Shown: in pieces, positions 1 to 12,565 of the stretch
Position numbering within the stretch: the first letter of the stretch is position 1
How the letters are laid out: each line of letters begins with the position of its first letter
Assembly: GCF_018977255.1 (NCBI RefSeq)
Contig: NW_024704743.1
Location: 67,520,001 to 67,584,000, forward strand
Reading direction: 5' to 3'
Length of the DNA: 64,000 nt
Origin: Callorhinchus milii
Lineage: Eukaryota
Made by a program: the position numbers and the translations under genes
The notes under the pieces: model-generated
What the model saw: only the letters and a program-made list of their open reading frames with translations
Database searches by the model: none
What the model was told of the DNA's origin: nothing

Positions 1-217
1 TCTAGCCTCAGGACACAAGTTGGTAAATGTAACCTTGCCCTCATTTCCAAAACAATGCACTTGTGAGCCTATTGGAAATAAGATGCTCTTTTGCAAGCTC
101 CTGCTTAATACCCCCAACTCCATGTGCTTAATCACATCTGAAATAACAAATGTGTTATTATTAATCACGGCTGAGACACAAATGTTAAAATTGCATATAA
201 AAGGTTCTCACTATTAA

Positions 218-2568
218 CGACAAGGCCGTCTCCAATCACCACTTCATCTCCTTCACCACCTCCACCCCCCTCCCAACCTCCACCAGACCCACCACCATCT
301 TCTACCGCCCCTGGAAGAAGTTACCCCCACAATCCCTAACCGCTGCCTTGGAGTCCTCTGAACTCCTCTCCCTCTGGCCTTCAACCCTCACTGACCCCTC
401 TTCTCCTCTCACCCTCCTCCACAACACCCTCTCCTCCACACTCGACACTCTTGCCCCCATCACGTCCCGTACTGTCTCCTACTCTCGCTCATCCCCCTGG
501 TTCACCACCTACCTCCGCTCACTGAAGAGCCAGGTGCGGGCCGCTGAACGCACCTGCCTCAAATCTGGCCTAACGGTCCACCGACAAACCTGGCTGGACC
601 TCCTCAAAATCTACCGCTCCACTCCAGCCTCGGCCAAGTCATCCTTCTACTCCAGGATAATCCTGGAGGCGAAGAACAACCCCAGGCTTCTGTTTTCTAC
701 CACATCCCGACTCCTCCGTCCCCTCCGCCACCCCGCGCAGGTCATCTCCTCCAACCTTCATTGCGAGGAGATGCTGGATTTCCTTGAATCCAAAATCAAG
801 GGAATCCGCTCCGTGGTCACTCCCCCTCCAACTTCCAGCCACCCCCCAGTCCTTCCCTCCCACTCCGACTCCTACCCATCCTCCCCTACACACCTTCGAA
901 CCCGTTTCTCCACCCTCTTGTCACCAAACTCATCCTGTCCCTGAAACCCACCACCTGCTCCCTTAACCTCATCCCCACTCCACTCCTTATCTCTCAGCTC
1001 CACCTCCTTGCCCCACTTCTCACAGACATCATCAACCTGTCCCTCTCCTCTGGCTCTGTTCCCATTCCCCTAAAAACCCTCCCTTGATGCGTCGCAGCTA
1101 TCAAGCTACCGGCCCATCTCCAACCTCCCCTTCCTGTCCAAGGTCCTTGAAAGAGTTGTCGCCTCCCAGCTGCGCTCTTTCCTCTCCACCCATTCACTAT
1201 TCGAACCCCTTCAGTCGGGTTTCCGTGCTGCCCATAGCACAGAAACCGCCCTGGTCAAGGTCACCAATGACATCTTGACCATCTGCGACCAGGGCTCCCT
1301 CTGCCTCCTCGACCTATCGGCAGCATTCGATATGGTCGACCACGCTATCCTCCTCCACCGCTTGTCCTCCCACCTCAAACTTCAAGGCCCTGTCCTTGAG
1401 TGGTTTAGGTCCTACCTCTTCCACCGTCTTCATTTTGTTTCCATTAACGGCTTTTCCTCCACCCCCCACACTGTCTCGTGCGGTGTCCCTCAGGGCTCTG
1501 TCCTCGGTCCCCTCCTCTTCACCCTCTATATGCTCCCCCTTGGTGACATCATCCGCAGACATGGGGTTAACTTCCACATGTATGCGGATGACACCCAACT
1601 CTATCTTTCCTCCCCTACCCTCAACTCCACGACCACCGATGTCCTGACAGCCTGCCTGTCCGACATCGAGTCCTGGACGAGAGACAACTTTCTTCAGCGT
1701 AAAACTGAGGCCCTCCTGATTGGCTCACGTCAGCGCCTCCGCACCTCAGGCGCTGACAGCATCAGCATCCAAGGCTGCACTCTCCACCTCTCAAAGCCAA
1801 TCAGGAACCTCGGGTTCTGTTCGACCCTGAGCTGTCCTTTCTTCCTCATATCCGCACCACAACTGGCACCGCCTTCCATCACCTCCGGAACATCGCCAGA
1901 CTACGGCACTACCTCACCCCTCACGCTGCTGAAACACTGGTCCACGCCTTTATCACCTCAAGGCTGGACTATGGGAACTCTCTCCTCGCCGGCCTTCCCG
2001 GCACCTCCCTCCACAAGCTGCAGGTCATTCAGAACTCTGCAGCTCGTGTACTGTCCCGCACCAGGCTTCGGACCACATCACTCCCACCCTCGCTCGCCTC
2101 CACTGGCTCCCCATCCCCCAGAGGATCGAATTCAAGATCCTCATCCTCACCTACAAGGCCATTCACGGCCTTGCTCCCTCCTACCTCTCCAACCTACTAT
2201 CCCCCTACCTACCTGCCCGTACCCTCCGTTCCTCTGGCTCCGGTCTCCTCCACATCCCCCGCCCCAACCGCCCTACCATCGGTGGCCGGGCCTTCAGCCT
2301 CTCAGCCCCGAGGCTCTGGAACTCCATCCCCCAGTGCCTTCGCCGCTTCCTCCCTTTCCTCCTTCAAGGCCGGTCTCAAGACCTTTCTCTTTGACCGTGC
2401 CTTCAGCTCCCCTCTCGACTCTCTACCCCCTCCTCGCTCCCTCCCTTCCCTCCCCTCACCCTGACCATTTCTCCCCTGCTCGGGTCCTGACCCAACTGTC
2501 CAGCGCCTTGGGACGTTCTCCTGACGTGAAAGGCGCTCTATAAATGGAATCTTGTTGTTGTTGTTGTT
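218..2568 (+). mobile_element. L2-clade LINE, 5'-truncated, frameshifted ORF2
   Basis: End of APE domain (S[D/N]HH); [28 protein letters not shown] (1581-1592); LHWLP; 3' stem-loop and (TTG)n tail. Confidence 0.95.
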
Positions 2569-2569
2569 C

Positions 2570-2900
2570 TCCCATTTAATAATTAATGTGGCCATTCCAA
2601 GTGACTACAATGTACAGAATAAGGAACAGGAGAAGATCAGAAAGCATGTTGACCTACAAACTGAATACAGACGTATGTGGCAGTACAGGTCAAGCACAAT
2701 TCAGAAATGGCTTAACAAGATACCCAGTGCACAAAATGTCCACCTCCTGCAGAAAGTAGTTATTTCGAAAAGTTCAAATATACTAAGAAAAGTAACATCC
2801 ATTCAAGAGTCAGGTGGTTGCGTTATCGGTCTGACTGACCCATCACTGAAAATAACTTCGAAACTAACACTACTGAGTGACCTAAACTGCGACAACAACA
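2570..2900 (+). mobile_element. R4/Dong(Rex6)-like non-LTR retrotransposon, 3' remnant (restriction-like endonuclease C-terminus)
   Basis: Translation LIINVAIPSDYNVQNKEQEKIRKHVDL...RRMW...WLNKIP...LLQK.VI..S.NILRKV resembles the R4-clade motif IID(V/I)AIP.D.N...KE.EK..KY..L...RMW...QK.......ILR. Ends in CAA/TAA repeats. Confidence 0.65.
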
Positions 2901-5900
2901 AAATAATAATGATAATCCTTGCATCTGATATAACCCCTTTCACTTCAGCAGGATGTCTCAAAGCAATTACTGGGTATATTGTAAAGTGCAGTGAGTGTGT
3001 ATGCTGTAGGCGATGTCTGTGCAAGACAAGTGTGGAACCACCCAAAGAATTTCTAGAAGTAATTTGGAGACTTCAGTCCACAAATAGCTGCATTCTTCTC
3101 TCATTCTATGTGTCTAAAACATACTCCATCAGTATTAGATAGCTACTCTTTAAAATTTATTCTCTAAGAAAGCAACATGCTGTCTTTTAAGATGGAGTTC
3201 TAAATTGGAGCTCTCAAACAGCAGCCCTTCGAACGGCAGCTCACCACCACTGAAATCAAATTATGTTCTCAGTTGCATTGCTAAGGCAGCTTACCATTTC
3301 TCTAATGAAGCAATATTTATTAAAAAAAACACTCAGTAGCTTTCCACACTAAAAAAGATCAGTGTGGTTCAAAGTAATCTACAGAACAGGATTATCAATC
3401 ATTTCTTGCTGTCATTCAGACAGAGAGAGAAAAGAAGCAAAGCTAAATGCAAGTTGTGAGACCATCCATACACCACACATACATTTACATAGGTTCTGTT
3501 ATCTCTTTGTCTCTCATGCCAGTGTAACTTTTACTGTCAGAATATTTGAAGAGGCAAGTTACTGAGATTCACGATAAGTCAGTGGACCTTGTCATTATCT
3601 TGTTTCCAAACATTACTGTTAAAATATTTTTTCAGCAGAATAGTGGGCGGGTGGAACAATTTCTGAACTAAAACAGTTGATGCCTTATTCATTACTTACG
3701 TCAAATAAAAATGGATAAGTACTTGAATTAGAAGAGTATTGGATGATATACAACACAAACAAATACTCCATGAAATGTTTCTAGTCAGCTGAATATGGGG
3801 GAGTGGGGGGGAAGGAAACCCAGAGAAAGGAGAATGTTGTCTGGGATGTGAAGGAGGTCAGGTTTCAACAGTAAAAAGGTTGGAAAGAATGCATATCAGG
3901 GATATTATGATTAGGAACCTATTCTGGAAGGAGCAGACTTGATGAGGTCTTGCTTTGTTATTTACAACTCGGCTTAGCTGAAACTGGGACCAGCCGACAA
4001 TTATGCCTCCAGCTGCTGTACTTTAAATGTTCTAAGATTGATGTTATTCACCAAAATATTTTAAAAACTATCAAATGTTTGAAAAGAATTGAAGTTAGAC
4101 GCTTTCTAATTCTGAAGCGGTTCCCTGCTCGATTCTACCCAGAAGCCTTAAACACTGAGAGGATCATATGATAAGAGTTCGGGGCTCTCTACAAGCTGAG
4201 ACTCAGTTTGTCTCTATCTCGTCAAATGAAGAAAAATTTTATTTGGTGAATTCACAGCTATTTCTCACTTACTATATATATAAATTCTAAAAACAGATTT
4301 ACACAAGAATCGTTGACAACTTAATAGAGTCTCCAATCCAACTAGCCAGTGCATTAATCACTACACATACACCAGGCTTAAATTCAGCATCTCTGAGAAA
4401 GTTTATAAGACCTCTGCCTGACTGGACATGATGACACAGATTAAATATGACAACTGTCCTTATTTTTTATACAAATGCCAAAAATCTGCACAAAGCCCAT
4501 TCCTGGCTACAAGGATATATATTCCATTGAGTTCTTGTTCATTTTCGAACTGAAATGTTTTGACCCTTATTTAACTATGGACTAGTGCCAGATAAGCAGC
4601 GTTTGAACTTCACCGTACAAACACAAACCTGTCAACTTTCTTCTGAAGGACCTTTGTTTATACATTGCAGGTGAAGTTTACTAAGAAACAGTTCAAGTGA
4701 GATGTAACCATATGTATTGTGTGTATCATAGAATCACAACAAATTGGTGAATACAAGGGAATGCTTCACTAATAATACATTAATCTATTCCATACTCCCA
4801 TGAAAGTCTAACAATGGCTCAGTTAATAAAGCCATTAATTGGAAAGAAATTGACCCATTAAGACACAAAAGATCCCAAGAGAATTTCAGATGAAATAGGC
4901 TCTTCAGTCCATTTGATCTCATAGATCCAGAATATCCACCCTAGCAAACACCCATTACAGCATCAAGCTGCTTTTTTAAAAAAAGAAAATCTCTAATGCC
5001 CACCTGAACAGGTTGATGAGATCTTGGTTTAACGCCTCATTCAAAGGACACCACCCCCGATAATGTAGTGCTCCCCTAGTACTGTACTGGAGCATTAATT
5101 TCAAATCCTGACTTGGTGCTTAAACTCACAAACTTTTGACTGACCAGGAAGACACTCGAATATAAAGTTGTTGAGTTGAGAACATAATTTTTAGCTATGG
5201 AAAATCTTGTCGTCAACCAGTTTGGTTGAATGGTCGGTCTTAGAAATGAAGGATAGGCAAAGTAAGAAGTTAGATGCATAAAGAATATATTTATGTATGG
5301 TGTCATTGTGTAGGTAAGGCTATTACTGGTTTGGTTCTATACATGCACAGATATGAACGTGGAAAACAATGCAGTTAAAACCTGGAGCTGTACAAAGTGC
5401 AGTGCACTGGAGCCTCTCGCTTTGTTCACCACTGAATACGATCCTTAATTCATGCTCTCGTCTCCCCCCCACCCCCACCCCGAATTGACTCCTGATATGA
5501 ATACACAGAATGCTGGCAGTATACAGAAGAAAAGTAGCTGCTGATTCTTTGATGTCTATGAATATCCAGTTCCTAAATTTAAAAAAATCAAATTCAAGAA
5601 ACAATAAATCACCAGACTTACAAAGGCTGTTAGAAGTGTAAATTCGTCCAGTGATTACTTCTTCACATCGCGATGGAAACAGTCAAAAGCCTAATCCTGG
5701 AGTAAAACAACCTTGATAACATTGTATAGGCAAGAAAGTGCATTCACATTCACTTACAGTATGGATTTGACTTGCGAAAGAAGCAGATCATTGAACTAAA
5801 ATTTAATAGAGGTTAATAAGTGTTAGGGATAATTTGACTTCTTGCTTGCTCAGGAGCATGCAATATTAATTTACATTAAAGCAAAATCGTATGCATAACT

Positions 5901-7479
5901 CTAGGCATTTTAAAAGCAATTATCATGAATATTTAAATAGTTTCAACAAGGTTTTCAGTATCTAAACCCTCAAAGTATTTTACCTTTTCTAATCTTCTAA
6001 ATTTAATTTAAAGAACTGTGATTATCAGTCACGGTCGATGCTTTGTGTGCCTCCATGCCAAACTCTGAGCTGTCCTGGCCATCAATACTAAACTTCTATT
6101 TTACATGAATTAAAAGAATTGCCAACAATAGGGCTTAATCAGTGCTCATAGGAAAAGGCAGCATATATAACCCCACAATGCTAAAATAAAGTGCTTTGGA
6201 ACATATAGTTTGTCTCCTCCAGGGAATAATAATAAAAATACTTTAATTTGACATAGCGCCTTATTAAGTCGTGCTTCACAGAATATATTATGAAGTGGAT
6301 TTACTGTGTATTTTGTAAGTGAAATGTGGCAGCCAATTGAGCACAGAGGTTTCCCACAACAGTCATGGATTGAGTAACTAATTATTATTTTTTTCATTTG
6401 CTGATCCGAGCAGCATTGCTTACATTCGGAAGTGGGGATCCTTCCTGATTTGTTTGAACACAAAGCCAATTTGGACATGGCAGGGTCCCACAAACAGCCA
6501 TGATGTGTGCGATCAATTTTATATGGGGGATCGTCGGTCAGGATACTGACTAGGAAAGAGAAACTACCTTCGTTTTCCAAATTACCTCACGGGATCTTTG
6601 GCATGGACGGGAGCTCGGTTTAGTGTCTCATCCGAAGGACAGCACCTCCAACAATGCAGAGCACCCCCTCCCCTAGGCAGGCGGAACATGGAACCCCATG
6701 TACAACATACAGACCTGTGAGAACTTACCATTGACCCGAGTTCACCTTGGAGCCACGTTCTCATGAGTTGGTGTGACATACATAGACATACAAGCCAAAA
6801 CCCTAACGGAGAGACTGATCCTACCCAGACAAGCAGCAAGAAGCCTGCCGATGTTCACAATGGCAAGTGCCAGGGCTTAGTTGATTAGTTTTCAGCAGTA
6901 CCTCAATGACTTTGGGGTCTCTAAGTCTTGGCTCTTGCCAAGCTGGGCTAAAACTCACTGGGATTAGATATGCATCCCTCCAGGGAGAAAGCATACATTT
7001 TTGTTTAAACTCTCAATTAAATAGGTTTTGAGATTCTTAAGCACAGTGACAGGTTTTCGTGTGTATCAGATATCCAGTTGACCAACAAAAAATCCCCACA
7101 GGAAACCCGTGTTACATTTGAGGCACTATTTATGCTGCCATTTTAATGATAATCACTCTTTCAACCCTGCAGCATCTGGGGTCCCTGTTGGGAGCAAACA
7201 TCTAATTAAGGACAACATTGCTATTCCATGTTAGCTAGTTGTTCCACTATCGAACGTATTAGCAAATCGCTCCTACCCTTGTCAAATAAATTTAGATTGT
7301 AATTACCCTCTTCTTTTAAAACACATTGATTTATTATAACTTAATTTCCTTGAGCACTGCCCACTTTCTGATATTCCACCTATTCATACCTTTGTCATGT
7401 CCACGTAAATGTTTCCTTGCTGCGCACAGGGAAGCTACCCTGCATGAAGGGCATTATATCAATGCAAGTTGTTGTTGCT

Positions 7480-7930
7480 GATTTCCCTAGCTCTATCATT
7501 CACAGGCTCATCCAAAACTCCACTGCCTACATGCGGATCAAATTCACCCACACCAAATTTTGTGTGCTTATCACCCAGTCCTCGCCAGTCTCCCAGCTGA
7601 TCAATTGCAAGATCCTTACCCACACCGACAAATCCTTCCACTCCTTGGCACCCCCTTATCTCTCTTATGTCTTTCTACCTGATTTCTCCACTTACATCCT
7701 CCACTCAGTAACTCAAGTGTGCTGGGCAGCTCTTGGCCTCTCTACAATATCATTAGTAACTGAATCTTCAGTTCCCACATGTCTAACCTGTGGAACTCCA
7801 TCCCTCTAACTCTCTGTCAACCCTTTGAACATCAAATTCGACCTCTTTGAACATGCCTATGGTCACCTCCCTCCTCTGTGTTCAATCCCATCCCTGTGAA
7901 GTACTCCACATAAATGCTAGTTGTTGTTGT
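7480..7930 (+). mobile_element. Old L2 3' fragment
   Basis: Degenerate LIQNSTA...KILT...HSLAPPYLS, with terminal TTGTTGTTG. Confidence 0.75.
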
Positions 7931-8871
7931 AAATCCCCATTCTACATTTGTGAGCAGTGCATATCAGAAATGTATTCAAACACAGAGGTAGGTGGGCAGA
8001 AAGAGTACAAATCTGTATGATCCAGGCCTCAGCTAGCATCAACTATTCAGCAAGAGGCACAGAATTGTGAGTAAAAATAAGCCTGGCTGAAATTTTTCCT
8101 ATCCCGAGACCAAGGACCACTAAAGTTTGAGTGCTTCTACACTCAGTCCAACTCAAGATCAAAACAGGCTAGGGGCTGACCTGGAACCTTCCTGATCTGA
8201 ACTGTTTAGCTGGACAACTATACTTTTAAAATAAACTGAAAACCAAAGTTCACTGTTACTAACTATATAGGATGGGGTCCACAATCCAAGGCAGATGTTT
8301 TGAATATGATCTTTTCCCTTCCCCTTTCTCTACAATCAACATTTTCCAGCAACCATTACATTTCCTTCCTAATCAATTATTAGACAACATCCCATTTTGG
8401 TTTGTCTGCTCCTGTTAATAATGGAAGGATAATAATTCTTGCATATCGGGAGACATCTCAAAGCACTTCACAGGATATTCTACAAAGAGTGACTATGTAT
8501 CGTATAAGCAAACAAAGCAACCAATTTGCGCACAACAATGTCCCACTTCACAGCCATGAAATGAATGAACAATTTTATTCAGGGAATTATTGGCCAGGAT
8601 CCCGGGAAAAAACTCACTTCTCCTTTTTGAATGGCGCCATTGGTTAGATGGGACTTTGCTTTGACATCTTAGTCAAAGGACAGCACCTATCATGATACAA
8701 CACATCCCTGGCACTATAGTGTCAGAGTGACAGACAAGACTACATCAGTTTAAATCCCTGACGTGAGGCTTGAACCCACAACCTTCTGACTCCGAGGCAA
8801 GAGTGCTACAAACTGAGGTAGGCAAATACCAAGCTTTTCTCACGTTTCTTTTGTTTCCCTTTCAAATGAGA

Positions 8872-9180
8872 TAATAATAGTTCTAAGCCTTGCATTTGAT
8901 ATAGGGCCTTATCATGTTGTTGAGGCGTCCCAAAGAGCTTCACAGAATACATTACAAAGTGGATTGACTGTATTTTTTGGACGAAACCCACCAGCCAATT
9001 GGGCACAGCAGTGTCCCACAAACAGTCCGGGATTGAGTGACACAATTTTTCTTTTGGGGAGGGGCGGTGGGGAGTATTACCCCGGAATGCAATCCGCCAT
9101 TTGATTAACCAGCGGGTTCCTACTTACTGCTGGGTAGACTGAGGTGTGTGAAGTAAAGAAACTTGCCTAAGGTTTCGCCT
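8872..9180 (-). mobile_element. Older SINE subfamily with complete CORE-like domain (5'-truncated)
   Basis: Shares body and tail with the young SINE and carries an extra internal segment. Similar copies at ~17818-18058 and ~58655-58915. Confidence 0.75.
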
Positions 9181-10658
9181 AAGTTGTTGTTGTTGCTAAT
9201 TTATTTCATTTCCTGAGTGAGGTTTGGCTTGTCACAAGACAAGCTTTCTGAAAGATACAACTGAAATGTCTCTGATCCTGGAAGACAAGGAGGTGAAACT
9301 CCAGGACATTAATCCATCATTACAATCTTGCATTATACAACTCTTTTGCATTTCGCAGGAGAAGCTTCCATGATACTTGCAGGGCTGCAATAATCATGTT
9401 CATAAAGCATTTGATCATGTCAATCTATCCTTATCCTTATGACCTTCAATTTCACATCCAACTAGATAACAGTCCAGCAACTTTTCAAAAGGGTTAATCA
9501 CATTAATGCCTTTTTAAGTTTATTCCACATATCTAGTGGCCTTTAAAACACAAGATTTCTCCTAATCTATGATTGTGGCTTGCCAATTCCATGCTCTTGT
9601 CTTCTAGCTTTGTAATTATAGTTCAGAATATGTAGCCTGCTTCTATCTACAGGGTCTATGCTTTGCAGCGCTTGAAAGATGTATTTTATGTCTTGCTTAA
9701 TCTCTTTTTGCGCAGTGATAACAAATTAAATTAGGTGACCTTGTCTTTTATAAGAAGAGATTAAAGTTTCAAAATCATCCCAGACAATTGTTTTCTGAAT
9801 CGACAATAACCCTTTGGAGATACAAAGGATGGCTAAAACTGCACACAACGGGGTTAAAATTTGCAATGTTGCTTGATTTCTCCATTGTATTAAATAGTCA
9901 AGAAACATGGCTAATTTGCTCCTGACTTGATTGCTGGTCTTAACTCACTGTTCAGTTAGCTGTTCTCGAGACCTCAGTTCCCATACAGCTCACTCCTCCC
10001 TCTAATCTACCACCATTCTGGTTAAAAATAATAATAATAATAATCCTTGCATTTGACATAGTACCTTATCACATCATTAAGACATCTCAAAATGCTTCAT
10101 AGGATACGCTGTAAAGTGGAGTGACTGTATTTTGTGGGCTAACAAAATGAACAAACAGAAACAATTGTTTGCAACAAGAGCCAACAAACTGTTGCCGGAT
10201 GAATGATCAATTTGTTTGGAAGATTGTTTACCAGGTCAATAGAAGAAAGTTTTTTTAAATAACCTCAGGGGATCTTTATTGTCCACCTGAGAACTGCCAA
10301 TAGTGACCTGGAGTAACCCGTTCTAAGCAGCAACAAGAATTACAAGAATCTGCTTCAATTTACAATCAAGCACTCTAATTTATTCCAAGGCATGCTTTTT
10401 CTTGTTGACAACTGCACGATCAACATTGAAATTTGCAGCACTGAAGGAATCTATTTGGCCCATCGTACTGGTCTAGTACAGAATAGTTGGGTCGAATGGC
10501 CTGTTTCCTTGCTCTAGTTTGCTGTATATACCTATGCCACTGCCATCTGTATGTTTTAAGACCCCTTTTTATTAATCTCGCTTTCCAGCACTTTCTCCAT
10601 ATCCTTTAATAGGGTTACATATTTTCAATTATTATAATAATAATAATAGCATTTCACG

Positions 10659-10966
10659 GAGTCCTGTAGCTCAGTGGTTAGAGCACTTGCCTTGCAAGCG
10701 AGAGGCCTGGGTTTGACTCCCGGTAGGGCGAAACCTTGAGCAAGTTTTCTTAATCCACACGCCTGATAATAATCTCTCAAGAAAAAACAATAATAAAATT
10801 GGTCACTTCAATCCACGACTGTTTGTGGGACACTGCTGTGCACAATTAGCTGCCGCATTTCGTCCACAAATATACAGTTAATTCACTTTACAGTATATTC
10901 TGTGAAGCGCTTTGAGATGTCTAGAAGAGTGAAAAGCGCTATATAAATGCAAGGATTATTATTATT
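10659..10966 (+). mobile_element. tRNA-Ala-like-headed SINE, full length
   Basis: A box TAGCTCAGTGG, B-box-like GGTTTGACTCC, partial CORE-like segment, L2-type tail, (ATT)n. Confidence 0.9.
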
Positions 10967-12399
10967 TGATGTAGCTTCTTATGTTATTGAAATGTCTCAA
11001 AGTGCTTCACAGGAAATTTAGTGGGAAGTGTAGTAACTATGTACATATAGGCAAATAATGGTCAATAATCACACTTAAACCATTCCCACCTTTACTAATA
11101 GACAATACAAAATTGCATTTGCATAGTGCCTTTCATGTCGGGAGGACATCCCAAGGCGCTGGACAGTCAGGGATTTGGACACGAGCGGGTTGGGGGGGTG
11201 TAGTGGAGGGGGTTACAAGATAAATGAAACACATTATGTTTCATGTTTCTTGTACTAATTAATGTACATTACATTTGTTCATACAAAAAAATCAATCAGC
11301 AATTCCTCAGATCATCCATCTGATAATATGCAGATGGATTAGGATGATACATTTCTTTAAATTCAATGCTCGCCCATTCATCAAAGTTTCAATATAAATT
11401 TTCCAACTTACTGAGACTATGCCCTCTATCATCTGCCTGTTCAGGTTGAAGACAAAGATCCCATGGCACTCCAAAAGAGGAAGGAGGTATCTCCTGGCCA
11501 ACAACCCTCAATTTAAAATTGGTCATTCACTTCATGGCTGTTTGTGGAACATTGTGGTAAATTGGCTGCCATGTTTGCCGACAAAATTCTCAGTTGCTAC
11601 ACTTTACAGTAAATCCTGTGAAGCGCTTTGAGACATTCTCCTGATGTGAAAGACTATATAAAATTTAAAGATTATTACTATTATTATACTTATTATTTAC
11701 AAATAGTTTTAATGGATTGGAACTCAGAACAGACTCTTGCATAACTCCTCTCAACACTATCTCCGAAGAGAGTGCAAATGCATTACTCACTGCCTCTGCT
11801 TTCTAACATTGAACCCATTATTAATCTAGTTTTCAATCAGCTGATGTATCTACCGTGAACTGCAGGCAGCTTTATCTCTTTTAAAAGGTTCAAATGTTGA
11901 AGTTTATCAAATTACTTTTGAAGGAACAATTATATCCTGGACATCGATATTGATAGCTCTTTCCCACCAATTTATTTATCAACTTGAGGAACCGGTGATA
12001 TGACCTATTGCTTCTGAAAACCACGGTGACTATCTCTATCACTTCTGTGCTCTTCAGATGAATATTGATGGTGCCCCATAAAAAGCTCTGAGGCAATTTC
12101 TTGCTTCCAATATAAGGCCAACTGATGATGTTCTTTTTGATTCATACAATACTCTTTTTATGAATGTCAGAATTACAGCAGATGTACATCAGCCCATGGG
12201 TACAGTTGATCATTATCTCTCCTGCTAATCTCTCCAAAATATGAAATTAATCCATTCCTCTCATATTCTTTTGGATTATTAGGGTGAGGTTTAAAAATTG
12301 AGAAGATTTTCTTCTGGTCAGTAAATATACAAACTTTGACAGCATGCACCCTTTTCTCCTATTTTTTCCTCTCAATGTGTTGTCTCTTTCCTGGGATAT

Positions 12400-12565
12400 C
12401 ATCCAGTAACTCGCTCAAGTGGTCATCCTTCATGTATAAACCTTGACAATATAGTTCAACTGCTTATTCAACTGTGGGAGACATCACAACCGAGCTTGAT
12501 CCTGTCCACACATGACATCCTCCCAATCACCTCCAGCAGGAGGGATCTGGCCAGCAGTCAGACGT
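12400..12565 (-). mobile_element. Ancient SINE fragment (AmnSINE2-like by recollection); related pieces at ~8035-8210(-) and ~48655-48790(+)
   Basis: Shared motifs gaggayaggatc.ggctcggytgtgatg and accacttg(a/g)gygagytac between copies. Confidence 0.45.

Noticed and set aside
200..217. Possible TSD for the first L2 (gttctcactattaa versus gttctcccatttaa at ~2566-2579)
   Set aside because: Several mismatches; cannot be distinguished from chance.
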